Assembly (NCBI GenBank): GCA_963828195.1
Contig: CAWHDT010000003.1
Location: forward strand, 224,001-288,000
Length of the DNA stretch: 64,000 nucleotides
Source: Candidatus Bathyarchaeota archaeon
Lineage (GTDB): Archaea > Thermoproteota > Bathyarchaeia > Bathyarchaeales > Bathycorpusculaceae
Direction: 5' to 3'
In this document: in pieces, positions 20,881-31,446 of the stretch
Layout of the letters: the number at the start of each line of letters is the position of its first letter
How positions within the stretch are numbered: position 1 is the stretch's first letter
Made by a program: the position numbers and the translations under genes
The notes under the pieces: generated by a model
Seen by the model: the letters and a program-made list of their open reading frames with translations, nothing else
Databases searched by the model: none
What the model was told of the DNA's origin: nothing

Positions 20881-22488
20881 CTAACCTTTAGGAAGGTTAC
20901 CGGCTTTTTCTTTTTTGGAAGATGGTTTTCTGCGTTCAAAAAGAAGGTACCCCGCCGCTAAAACGATAATTATTGAGGCTGCAACTCCGACAACAGTAAT
21001 TGTTGGAAAGGGTTCTACGTTGAAATATACAGTTTTTGAACCTGTGTTACCCACTTCGTCGATAGCGTAAACGGTTAAACTGTGTGAACCATTAGATAAC
21101 GCCGGTAAAGTTACATTTCCAAGTATGGTAACGTTTTGTTGTCCATCTAAACTGTAGGCTAACCAAGTGACTGTTTTATTGACCTCGAAAGACAGTTGGA
21201 TGTCTGTGGATCCATAAGTTTGGTTTTGAGGAACCATAATCACGATGTTCGGCGGAATCGTATCTATAAAAAAGAACACTGGGCTCGAACTCCCCATGTT
21301 GCCTGAGCTATCGTTAGCATAAACAACTATGCTGTTTTCGCCTTCAGACAAATTATATAATTCGGTTTCACCCATCACGGTTACATTTACCCTGCTATCT
21401 AAACTGTAACCCGCCCACGCAGTATTTCTGTCAACCGTAAAATTCAAAGCTACTTCATTGTAAGTTTCGTTTTCAGGCGAAGTAACCTGAATAATCGGTG
21501 GAGCAGTCCCGTAGCCAATAGGAGTGAACTCCTCAACCGTGCTTAACCAGTTTTCGCCGTCAAATCCCCCGATTGCATATAAAACATCATTTACAACAGC
21601 AACACCCAAGTAAGCCCGAGCCGTAGGCATAGAGGCGCCGGTACTCCAAGAAGCATTGCTTGGATTGTAAACTTGAACGCGGCTGCTTATGGAATTCATA
21701 TAATATCCACCGATAACGTATAACAATGGAGGAGCCATAAAGCCCGTAGTAGCTGCGGCAGCACCATAACTAACTACAGACGGCAAATTTGCAGCTAAAC
21801 TCCATGTGTCGTTTTGGGGATTGTATACTTGTTGTGAATTAACATAAATGTCGCTTCCTTGCAAGCCTGAAGTCTGCGAACCCCCAATGACATGAATATC
21901 GCCATTTATCAAGGCCGATGCGTAACCAAAAACAGCTGACGGAATCGGTGCGCCGGCAGTCCATGTGTTGTTAGCTGGATCATAAATTTCGTTCACATTA
22001 GTTTCAGCATAGTAAGGGCTTGTGCTCGAATATACTTGGCCGCCGATTAAGTATATTTTATCGTTCACTACAGTTGCGCTTAAGTCGGCTCGAGGAGTAG
22101 GCATTGAAGCTTCTATTTGCCAAGTATTAGCGCCTGGATCGTACACTTCGTTGTTGCCAACATACTCATTACCAATTTCTCCGCCGATAACGTATATTTC
22201 GTTATCGAAAACTGCAATGGCAAAATCGCTTCTCGCAGTCGGCATAGGCGCTTCACTTGTCCATTCGTTTGTGCCCGGATTGTACATTTCATTAACGTTA
22301 AGGGCCAAACCGTTGTTGCCCAGGCCCCCAATTGCATAGATTTTCCCGTTAACCGTTGCAACCCCGAGTCCACCCCGCGCAGTAGGCATAGACGCCATTG
22401 AGGTCCATGAAGATTGATCTGTGACTGTCTGGGCTTTGGCGCAGGGAAAATTGAGAATTGGCAAAGTTAACGTTACAATAATAAGCAT
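20881..22488 (-). CDS. Kelch-repeat surface protein with two Ig-like (YSLD) domains and C-terminal TM anchor
   Basis: Six MPTAR...IYxIGG Kelch blades, YSLDG domains, TM and basic tail. Confidence 0.92.
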   Translation of the reverse strand: MLIIVTLTLPILNFPCAKAQTVTDQSSWTSMASMPTARGGLGVATVNGKIYAIGGLGNNGLALNVNEMYNPGTNEWTSEAPMPTARSDFAIAVFDNEIYVIGGEIGNEYVGNNEVYDPGANTWQIEASMPTPRADLSATVVNDKIYLIGGQVYSSTSPYYAETNVNEIYDPANNTWTAGAPIPSAVFGYASALINGDIHVIGGSQTSGLQGSDIYVNSQQVYNPQNDTWSLAANLPSVVSYGAAAATTGFMAPPLLYVIGGYYMNSISSRVQVYNPSNASWSTGASMPTARAYLGVAVVNDVLYAIGGFDGENWLSTVEEFTPIGYGTAPPIIQVTSPENETYNEVALNFTVDRNTAWAGYSLDSRVNVTVMGETELYNLSEGENSIVVYANDSSGNMGSSSPVFFFIDTIPPNIVIMVPQNQTYGSTDIQLSFEVNKTVTWLAYSLDGQQNVTILGNVTLPALSNGSHSLTVYAIDEVGNTGSKTVYFNVEPFPTITVVGVAASIIIVLAAGYLLFERRKPSSKKEKAGNLPKG

Positions 22489-22699
22489 GGCTGCGAGAAT
22501 CTGAATATGCTTATTTATTGTTGAACCCCCACATGCCTCTTTAGGGTATTAAATGCACTTTACCTTTATATTGTTTAAAGAAATTGATGAAAAAACAGTC
22601 CGAACTTTGAAAGTGCAAGTAAACTTCTGTAGATTCCATAAATGTTTTGAGTTGGGAAAAAGTTTAATGGTTGTTTTAAGAATTAACTTTGAGAGATGA

Positions 22700-23158
22700 A
22701 TGTTTATGGCGATTGAAAACATTTTAGTGGGTGTTGACGGGTCTGAAAATTCTTTTAAGGCATTAGATTTCGCTTTAAATTTGGCTGAAAAATTTAATGC
22801 ATCTGTCATGATTTTGAATGTTTCTGAGTCGCTGGTAATGGGCACGGTTACTGAAGAAGTAACTGGTTCTTCAGACGGCAACACCTCTACATTTGTTACG
22901 GATTTGAGGCAGATTCATAACGAAATTTTAAGCAGAAGTGTTGCTCATGCGAAAGCAGTGAAGCCTAATTTGTCAGTTTCGTCAATGCTGAAAGAAGGGG
23001 AGCCTGCCGCTGAAATTATTAATGCTGCTAAAGAGGGCGGTTTCGACGTTATTGTTGTTGGACATAGAGGCTTAAGTAAAATGAAAGAGCGTGTGTTGGG
23101 AAGTATAAGCGAGAAAGTTGCGAATTTAGCACCTTGCCCAGTTATAATAGTAAAATAA
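22700..23158 (+). CDS. Universal stress protein
   Basis: ILVGVDGS, DVIVVGHRG...LGSISEKV...PCPV. Confidence 0.95.
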   Translation: MFMAIENILVGVDGSENSFKALDFALNLAEKFNASVMILNVSESLVMGTVTEEVTGSSDGNTSTFVTDLRQIHNEILSRSVAHAKAVKPNLSVSSMLKEGEPAAEIINAAKEGGFDVIVVGHRGLSKMKERVLGSISEKVANLAPCPVIIVK

Positions 23159-23410
23159 AACCATATTTTTTCTTTTTAGTCGGTTCTTAAGAAGCTGACT
23201 TAAATCTACGTGCAGCGGAAATGGAAAGTAAAAAGCTCATTGAGTTATCTTCATTTGCCATATTTATTCTGTTAAGTTTGCCTCTTCTCCATTTCTCCAC
23301 TCTAATTCTGGCTAAGTTTTATATCCCAGAGGCAATAGGAAGTTGGTAAAGCTAAATGTGGATTCAACATAAATGGGGGATAAACCGTTCAGTTAAGAAA
23401 AATTCTGGCG

Positions 23411-23845
23411 TTGGTTCTAATCGTATTTATTGTCGCTGGCAGCATTGGAGTTGTTTTGATTTTGAGCAAAAACCCCTCGCCGCCGCCCAAAGTCTATACG
23501 ACTGATATAGTGAATGGGACAGCCAATGTCAATGCGGACGAGTATGTAGATTACCCGTTCACTGTTCCCGTAAATTCATCGAACATTCATGTTTCAGGAA
23601 ATTTTACGGTGCAAGGTGGGAGCGGCAACGGCGTCATAGTTTATGTTTTTGACATCACTAACTATGAAAATTATGCGAATGGGAGTTACTTCGGCGCGCT
23701 CTACCAAAGTTCACAAGCTAGAACGGCTTTAATTAGTTCCAACCTTGACGCAAGTGGAAATTACTTTCTTGTGATCGACAACACGTTATCTACGATTACT
23801 CAAACCGTGGATATACAAGCCAATGTTACCTACTCCGTGCCGTAG
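23411..23845 (+). CDS. Membrane-anchored extracellular beta-sandwich (GOLD-like) protein
   Basis: N-terminal TM and GNYFLVIDN motif; start uncertain. Confidence 0.7.
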   Translation: MVLIVFIVAGSIGVVLILSKNPSPPPKVYTTDIVNGTANVNADEYVDYPFTVPVNSSNIHVSGNFTVQGGSGNGVIVYVFDITNYENYANGSYFGALYQSSQARTALISSNLDASGNYFLVIDNTLSTITQTVDIQANVTYSVP

Positions 23846-24094
23846 GGAAGGGACTAAGAAAAATCTTTTTGTTCTTAGCTGTATTTTACGCTGGCAAAGC
23901 AGAAGCGAAGCTACCTCGATGTTTTCCAATTCAAAAAGAGTAAGCTGTCCTGATTGACACAACGAAAAATAAACAATGACTAAAGTCTTAGCCAGCAGAC
24001 GAAAGAGCGCTTGGGTAGTTCACTTGTCGCGGTAAAAGATGCTATAGCACCATTGAAGAACTGATGTTAACCTATCTTAAAGTCTAAAAATGGT

Positions 24095-24295
24095 TTAGCT
24101 GTGAATTTGCTGCGGACGTGCGCAGTAAAAGTTTCCATTTACCTTTGTGAAAGCTGGGCATTTGCCGTCATAACAATGTTCAAGCCACTGACAGGGGGAC
24201 CTAACGTCATATACTCGGGGCATGTATCCTTGTGAACTAAAAGATTCATGGTTTTTTTGTCGTCTAGAAACTTTTTCCAAAATTGTTTCCATCAA
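24095..24295 (-). CDS. Small Cys-rich hypothetical protein
   Basis: 66 aa with C-x5-C-x4-C-x11-C and a GAAGG SD-like sequence upstream. Confidence 0.5.
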   Translation of the reverse strand: MMETILEKVSRRQKNHESFSSQGYMPRVYDVRSPCQWLEHCYDGKCPAFTKVNGNFYCARPQQIHS

Positions 24296-24348
24296 AATTC
24301 CTTCAAAATTTCTAAGTTAAATTAATAGTGCCTTGTTCGAATTATTAA

Positions 24349-25398
<1,050 letters not shown>

Positions 25399-25402
25399 AG
25401 CT

Positions 25403-27619
25403 TCAAGTAGAATTGAAGCGGTCGAACGTTGCGAGATTGCTCATGGAGCCGCATGAGGGGCATTTGTGCAGTGTTCCAAACCAGCTTTTTTTGCAGTTGT
25501 CGCAGAGGCTGATTACTCGGTGGTAGGTGAAGAATTCTATGGATTGACTTTCAATTAAACGCCGGGTTAAATCCATCAGTGCTTCAGGCTTAAACTCGTT
25601 GGCCCACAACTCTATAATGCTTAAGGCACCGCCAGCGTTTAGCCCTCTCATTTTTTGCGTTGTCTCCACCATTTCAGATTGTAAGCTAAGTGGTTCACCG
25701 GCTTTAACCTGGAATCTTCTTGCGGTTGAGTAATAGGGTTTTTCTCGTGTGCCTGAGAATTTTACTTTGGCTACACCATACTTCTCAATATCTAATTGGG
25801 CAAGCCGCTCTGACGCTTCAAAATTGCTAAGTATTACAGGGTAAAGGCGTTTTCCGTGTTTTCTTCCGATTTTCTGCTTGAAAGCCAAAATGTTCTGAAT
25901 TGTTTCCTCCGCAAACTTGCGGCCTTCTTCCGAGTTTAAGCTTTTTTCAGTAAAAGCCTCCACGGCTTCTTTGAACCCAGCTAAATTTACTATACGTGAA
26001 CAATTTTCTAGCCTGAAGTAGGTATCTCCATTGGCGTTTTTTAGAAGGAAAGGCAATGAGTTTTTTCCGAATTGCTTAAGTGCAGTGTTTTTTATTCCTA
26101 AGGTTCGGGCGGCAATTTCAAAACGTTCTTTCACTAAATCGAAGAACTTGTTTTTGTCCTTCTCACTTTCTTGAACTATTCTTGGCAAATTAATTGTTAC
26201 GCAACCAAGGCAGCCCGTGCGGAGGGTGTCGGTTTCCCAGTCGCCTGTAAAGTCAGGTGCAAGTTTAACTCCCGAACCAGAGAAAACCGTATTCTCAGTA
26301 TCTTTCTTTGTGATGTTCGCAAAGTATGGTGTGCCCTTTTCAGCTGCTAACTGGTGGACTTTCAGGAAAAATGTTTTTGTGTTTTCATCAGTTAACGTGT
26401 CTTTGTCAACTTTTATAACCAGTTTAGGGTTAAGAAGCGGCTTTTGAGAACTCTCTTCCGTGAAGATTTCAATGATAAGTGAAGCTAAAAGTCGGCTTTC
26501 TATCATGAAATCACTGTATTTGCCGCATATTTTCCCTTGGGGGCCAATTGCTTCTTTTTCTGCGATTACTTTTGGAGTTGAAAGCTCAAGCCCCAACGTC
26601 GCTTCGGCATGTTGATTTAGGTTTAAAATGAATAAGCGGAGATTTTCCTTTATTCTTGCAGTTTCAGCGTCTCTTACGAAAGGCGCAAGAAAAATGTTGA
26701 AGTAATCGCATGTTTGCATCAGGTTGGTTTCTTTGCTGGCATGCAAGAGAACGTTGAAGGCAATTGACAACGCCGATTCAAAGTTAATCGGGGGCTCCAT
26801 TGAAACCTGCATTGGATTATCAAGTTTGAGACCGTTTTGGAAGAAAAACCTCAGGTCATGGCTGATCTCGTCTGGTTTCAGTATCCATGTGCCTAAGTTG
26901 TCAATGTGGATGGCGCCTGAAAGGTGCGCGTCAGAGATGTCTCTTGGGAAAATGTTGAGCAAAGTATATTCACCAAGGACCGCTTGGCCTGCCTTTGCAA
27001 GTAATGTCGCTGAGTCAGCGGGTTCGTCCTTTGATTCCAGTGAATTTGTTACCTCGTGCACGGGCATGCCTACTCTTGTAAGTTTATGGCGGTACTCTTC
27101 ATAGCCCTTTTCAACCAAAATGCCATTAACAATTTCCCTGATCAAGGGGGCTGTGAGGTATTTTGTTTTTGATTTAACTATGCGTTTCTCTGCTTCCTTA
27201 GCTGCTTTCTGCGCCAGTTCAGCCGGAACCTTTGCTTCTTTTATGAGCGAATTAGCTATTTTGTTCGCATCAAACTCTTCCACCGTTAAATGTGAAGTAC
27301 GGACAAGCATGCCTCTAGGTTTAACCGCTTTCTTCTCCACGCGGTCAGCCACGTCAAGAACCATCTTACCGAGGTCAGTCAGGTAATACTTTTTTGCTTC
27401 TACATCTGCCTCAACCAAATCTGCTTTTAAGAGAAATTTTAAGTGGTAGGCGAACCTGCCTGCGTCTCGGCTGGGATTCATTTTTAACTGGTTCATCAGT
27501 TCGGTGTAGGCAAGGGCGCTTTTGTCGAATAGCAGGTTTAGAATTTGCAACCTGAGAGGTGAAGAAACGGCTTTAAGCACTTTTACGCCGCGTGCACGTT
27601 GCGGTGGCTGATTTACCAT
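25403..27619 (-). CDS. ArsR-like wHTH, ATP-cone and degenerate class III ribonucleotide reductase (NrdD-like) fusion
   Basis: N-terminal SSPLRLQILNLL...AYHLKFL...YYLTDLG; ATP-cone (EEFDANKI...IREIV); NrdD motifs HLSGAIHI, GTPYF, TINLPRI, YYS, GG; C-terminal CxxC/CxxC. Confidence 0.88.
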   Translation of the reverse strand: MVNQPPQRARGVKVLKAVSSPLRLQILNLLFDKSALAYTELMNQLKMNPSRDAGRFAYHLKFLLKADLVEADVEAKKYYLTDLGKMVLDVADRVEKKAVKPRGMLVRTSHLTVEEFDANKIANSLIKEAKVPAELAQKAAKEAEKRIVKSKTKYLTAPLIREIVNGILVEKGYEEYRHKLTRVGMPVHEVTNSLESKDEPADSATLLAKAGQAVLGEYTLLNIFPRDISDAHLSGAIHIDNLGTWILKPDEISHDLRFFFQNGLKLDNPMQVSMEPPINFESALSIAFNVLLHASKETNLMQTCDYFNIFLAPFVRDAETARIKENLRLFILNLNQHAEATLGLELSTPKVIAEKEAIGPQGKICGKYSDFMIESRLLASLIIEIFTEESSQKPLLNPKLVIKVDKDTLTDENTKTFFLKVHQLAAEKGTPYFANITKKDTENTVFSGSGVKLAPDFTGDWETDTLRTGCLGCVTINLPRIVQESEKDKNKFFDLVKERFEIAARTLGIKNTALKQFGKNSLPFLLKNANGDTYFRLENCSRIVNLAGFKEAVEAFTEKSLNSEEGRKFAEETIQNILAFKQKIGRKHGKRLYPVILSNFEASERLAQLDIEKYGVAKVKFSGTREKPYYSTARRFQVKAGEPLSLQSEMVETTQKMRGLNAGGALSIIELWANEFKPEALMDLTRRLIESQSIEFFTYHRVISLCDNCKKSWFGTLHKCPSCGSMSNLATFDRFNST

Positions 27620-27928
27620 AACCCCTTGTCCCCTTTGACTCCCCGATTGGTGCTCTACCTATATTTCAAGGCAGACTTTAAAACTTAACTACATGTCAAT
27701 TTAGTGGAAACTTCCAAGGGCGAACTCACATTGCGACTAACTTTACACGTTTTCTTCTAATTTTTCTATTTTAATTCATAGTCTGGTAATTATACAAGCT
27801 ATTGAGGAAAGATTTTGAGCCAAGTTTTTTGAATAATTAAAATGTTTGGCTTCAGCAGGAAAAACAATGTTGTTGTGAGAATACAGTCACATTATTATTT
27901 ATCATTCAAGCTGCATGTAAGTTTATAA

Positions 27929-28050
27929 GCACGCAGTGAGGATGAACCTGAAAGCGTGAGGGGTTAGCTTAGACGCAGACGGATATTCCCCTCTCTCTCT
28001 TCCTGAAATTTTTCGTTTGCGCCTAAGTTTTCCTATTTATCCGAATGTGC
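27929..28050 (+). ncRNA. Putative structured RNA with a terminal k-turn, a k-loop and a long hairpin
   Basis: GAGGATGAA pairs with TTTATCCGA through tandem GA pairs, closed by GCACG/TGTGC. CCTGA-AAGC-GTGAGGG forms a k-loop. Stem CTTAGACGCAGACGGA/TTCGTTTGCGCCTAAG. A T-run follows. Confidence 0.55.
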
Positions 28051-28320
28051 GATCGTTTTTAATTGGTTTTATCAAATAGAAAACATAGTGCTTTATTTCA
28101 AGCCATTTCTATTGCACATTAGGCAGTCAGGCTGGGCTTTTGGGTTTCGTTTTAGCTATTACAATATTTTATTCACATTTAGGAAGCAAACCTATTGCCT
28201 TAGAGCCCTGCTTAACATGACCGAGTAATATGGAAAAAAACGGGTTTTTTGATTGAAGGCAACATAACTATTTATTAGGTTAGAGTAGTGACAATAGTTA
28301 GTTTATTGGGGCTTAGAAAA

Positions 28321-29658
28321 ATGAAGGCATTCATAATTCAGTTTCCGTATGGAGTAGCAGCTTTCGACGACAAAAACAATTTAGTTGAGAAAGTTCTGTT
28401 TCCGAAAAAACCTCAAGCAGCAGCAAGAAGCCTGCTTAAAACAGAAGCTGGGAAAATGTCCGACGAAGTTTTCTCGTTAATTTCCCTTCTGAAAAATGTG
28501 AGTTACGACATTTTTGTTTTTGAAAACGCCAACTTGGCAGAAGAAATCCAAAAGAAAATGGACGTAACTGTAGAAGTTGCGAAGCCTGCCGAAGCCGAAG
28601 TTCTCCGTTCACTAATGAATGAAGTTGCAGTTGAATCAGGCTTTGCAAAAGACAAGCAGGAACTAAGCCTTTGGAACCGCAACGTAAGCATGGAACTTGC
28701 TAAGTTAAGAATAAAAGGCGCATCTGAAAAACGGGATTTAATCATCGCTCAGGGCATTCAGACGCTGGATGATTTAGACCGCACAGTTAACCTCTTCATG
28801 GGCAGGCTAAGAGAATGGTACGGCGTATACTTCCCCGAACTTGACCGTTTAATCGAAAAACACGAAACATACTCCCGCCTGGTAATGAATTTAGGCGACA
28901 GAGAAAGCTACACAGCCGAAGCCTTGGAGAAAGAAAATGTTCCTAAAGAAAGGGCAGCTCTTGTTGCAAAAGCTGCTGAATCGTCGATGGGCGCAGACAT
29001 CGCTGAACGCGATTTACAGCAGATACAAGAATTAGCTAAAAACGTGCTGTCATTCTACGAGCTGCGCAAGAACATGGATAACTACGTTGACAGAACCATG
29101 GAGGAAATGGCGCCTAACGTGCGAGCAGTCGCAGGGGCTCTTCTCGGAGCAAGGTTGATAGCTATTTCAGGCAGTTTGCAGAATTTAGCCATGAGGCCAG
29201 CAAGCACAATTCAGGTTTTAGGTGCAGAAAAAGCCCTTTTCCGCTCCTTAAAAACGGGTGCGAGGCCGCCCAAACACGGATTAATCTTCCAGCATACATT
29301 GCTGCATGATGCTAAACGCTGGCAGAGAGGAAAAATCGCGCGGGTAATCGCTGGGAAACTAGCAATCGCCGCCAGAGCCGATGCTTTCGGAGGTCATTTC
29401 ATCGGCGAGAAACTGAAAGCTGACATTAACAAGCGTTTAGAAGAAATCCACGAGAAATACAAGGAACCGCCGCCACCTAAAGAACCTAAGCCGAGACCAT
29501 CATTTGAACGGCAAGAACAAAGACCAGCGTTTGAACGCAGAGACCAAGGACCCCGACCCCCAATGCAGGGGCAATCGTTTAGGGAACGCGACCGGGGCAG
29601 AAGAAGACGCCGAAGCGGCCAGAATCGGAGTAGAGACAGACGTGCCCCTCAAGGTTAA
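28321..29658 (+). CDS. nop5: Box C/D RNP core protein Nop5 (aNOP56/58)
   Basis: LREWYGVYFPEL, PASTIQVLGAEKALF, PPKHGLIFQH, RGKIAR. Confidence 0.97.
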   Translation: MKAFIIQFPYGVAAFDDKNNLVEKVLFPKKPQAAARSLLKTEAGKMSDEVFSLISLLKNVSYDIFVFENANLAEEIQKKMDVTVEVAKPAEAEVLRSLMNEVAVESGFAKDKQELSLWNRNVSMELAKLRIKGASEKRDLIIAQGIQTLDDLDRTVNLFMGRLREWYGVYFPELDRLIEKHETYSRLVMNLGDRESYTAEALEKENVPKERAALVAKAAESSMGADIAERDLQQIQELAKNVLSFYELRKNMDNYVDRTMEEMAPNVRAVAGALLGARLIAISGSLQNLAMRPASTIQVLGAEKALFRSLKTGARPPKHGLIFQHTLLHDAKRWQRGKIARVIAGKLAIAARADAFGGHFIGEKLKADINKRLEEIHEKYKEPPPPKEPKPRPSFERQEQRPAFERRDQGPRPPMQGQSFRERDRGRRRRRSGQNRSRDRRAPQG

Positions 29659-30340
29659 ACCCCACCCGAAATTCAAAGAAATCTACACAGCTACCCTTGA
29701 AGAAGGCTCACAACGGTTAGCCACACGCAACCTGACGCCTGGTTTAAATGTTTACGGCGAACGCCTCGTCAAGTTTAAAGGCGTTGAATACCGCATCTGG
29801 GACGCCTTCCGAAGCAAATTGGCAGCAGCTATCCTTAAAGGGGTACAAAACGTGCCCATAGAACCAGGCTCCAAGGTGCTTTATTTGGGTGCTGCCTCTG
29901 GTACAACCCCCAGCCACGTTTCAGACATCGTCGGCGAAGACGGGTACGTTTACTGCGTCGAATTTGCCCAGCGGTCAATTAGGGATTTAGTTAACAATGT
30001 TGCTGCTTATCGACCTAACATTTCACCTCTTCTTGAGGACGCTCGGATGCCCGAGAGATACGCTATGTTCATCTCGGGTAAAGTGGATGTAATTTATTGT
30101 GATGTGGCGCAGCCGGAGCAGGCTAAACTGCTGGCTGACAACGCTGACGTATTCCTTAAACCAGCCGGCTGGGTTATGATTGCGGTGAAAGCACAAAGCA
30201 TCGATGTGACAATGGATCCCGAAGCGGTATATCGGCAAGAAGCCAATATTCTGCGTAAAAGAGGTTTTGATGTCAAGGAAGTTGTGAATTTGGAGCCTTT
30301 CGACAAGGCTCATGCTATGATAGTTGCGCAAAAAATGTAG
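29642..30340 (+). CDS. flpA: Fibrillarin-like rRNA/tRNA 2'-O-methyltransferase
   Basis: VYGE, RSKLAAAI, VLYLGAASGTTPSHVSD, DVAQP. GTG start overlaps the nop5 stop. Confidence 0.97.
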   Translation: MPLKVKPHPKFKEIYTATLEEGSQRLATRNLTPGLNVYGERLVKFKGVEYRIWDAFRSKLAAAILKGVQNVPIEPGSKVLYLGAASGTTPSHVSDIVGEDGYVYCVEFAQRSIRDLVNNVAAYRPNISPLLEDARMPERYAMFISGKVDVIYCDVAQPEQAKLLADNADVFLKPAGWVMIAVKAQSIDVTMDPEAVYRQEANILRKRGFDVKEVVNLEPFDKAHAMIVAQKM

Positions 30341-30458
30341 GCAAAAAAAGTGATTTCAAAAAGCAACTTGGAATAAACGCTTACCAAAAAAATTCCTACC
30401 TGCAGGAGACCCTACTATTTGTGACAAAAATCCAGCCACAAAAAGCGAACAAAGGCAG

Positions 30459-31184
30459 TTAATGGCAGTTTTGTTTGTACCAATTCTTCATGTATAAATT
30501 CACTATGTCTCCGTGGTAGCAATCTCTAGCCGAGTTCAAAGTCAACAGTTGCTTATTCTTGTCATTTAAATTATAGTAGATAACTTCAGAAACCATAGTC
30601 TCTTTGTCTGTGGGTTCTTTGTTTCCATAACTTGCAAGCTTTGATGCTTCCTTGACAACGTCACCTTCCCAAATAACTTCGCTGACACCGCTACCTTTGT
30701 AGCCAGCCTTAACCACCAAAACTCTTCCATATGATATTCCGATTCCAATTACAATTTCTTGCATGTTATTATTCCTAAATTTATAATTCATAATATCAAC
30801 AATTGATGAAATTTTTCCGCCAGTGGAAAAAATTTCGTCAACGTCCTCTGTCAATGGAGTATCAAAAAAACCTAACACAAAATCACCAGCTACATTTATT
30901 TCAGCACATTTTGGGCTGCCATTCATGACAGCAATAACCTCAGAAACGTAGCTTCTGTAAATTTTGGTGAGCACGCTATTTTTATGAAAATCTATTAATT
31001 CAGATGGTCCGCGAATTTCAACACAAAGTGCTGAACACTTAACATAAAAACCGTTAGTAAAAGTTAATTCACTGCGAGCGGGGATACTGTCCAGTTCCGC
31101 GTAAGTATTTTCCTTTGCTGTTATTATTTGATCGATTCTATTAACGCTGTCTTTAAAATTGTACTCTACATGGTCGCTTTTCAT
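30459..31184 (-). CDS. Class III nucleotide cyclase, Pycsar PycC-like
   Basis: C-S-A-L-x-V-(E)-IR, GD, GIGISYG, VIWEGDVVxxASKL; stand-alone cyclase domain. Confidence 0.8.
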   Translation of the reverse strand: MKSDHVEYNFKDSVNRIDQIITAKENTYAELDSIPARSELTFTNGFYVKCSALCVEIRGPSELIDFHKNSVLTKIYRSYVSEVIAVMNGSPKCAEINVAGDFVLGFFDTPLTEDVDEIFSTGGKISSIVDIMNYKFRNNNMQEIVIGIGISYGRVLVVKAGYKGSGVSEVIWEGDVVKEASKLASYGNKEPTDKETMVSEVIYYNLNDKNKQLLTLNSARDCYHGDIVNLYMKNWYKQNCH

Positions 31185-31446
31185 TTAATCCTCTCGACTC
31201 CAGCCACTCATCAAGATTAGTGCTCTTGCTTTAACTACAACTGGCGTAAACCGTATTGAATGTTTAACTAACTCATATTTACACTGAACAATCTTTGAAA
31301 TTTGCCATGTCTGACGGAGAATCCGCGAGTTAAGCATAGCCTTATAATTCAAAAGTCCATCCAACTTTAACCTTGATTCTTCTTCTGCCGAATAAGCTAA
31401 ATCAGCTAGCCTTATTCCGCTTGCAGCTTTTCTATTTTGGTTATTG

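Noticed and set aside
29504-29641. N-terminal extension of fibrillarin in the ORF track
   Set aside because: It lies within nop5 coding sequence; GTG 29642 gives a normal-length protein.
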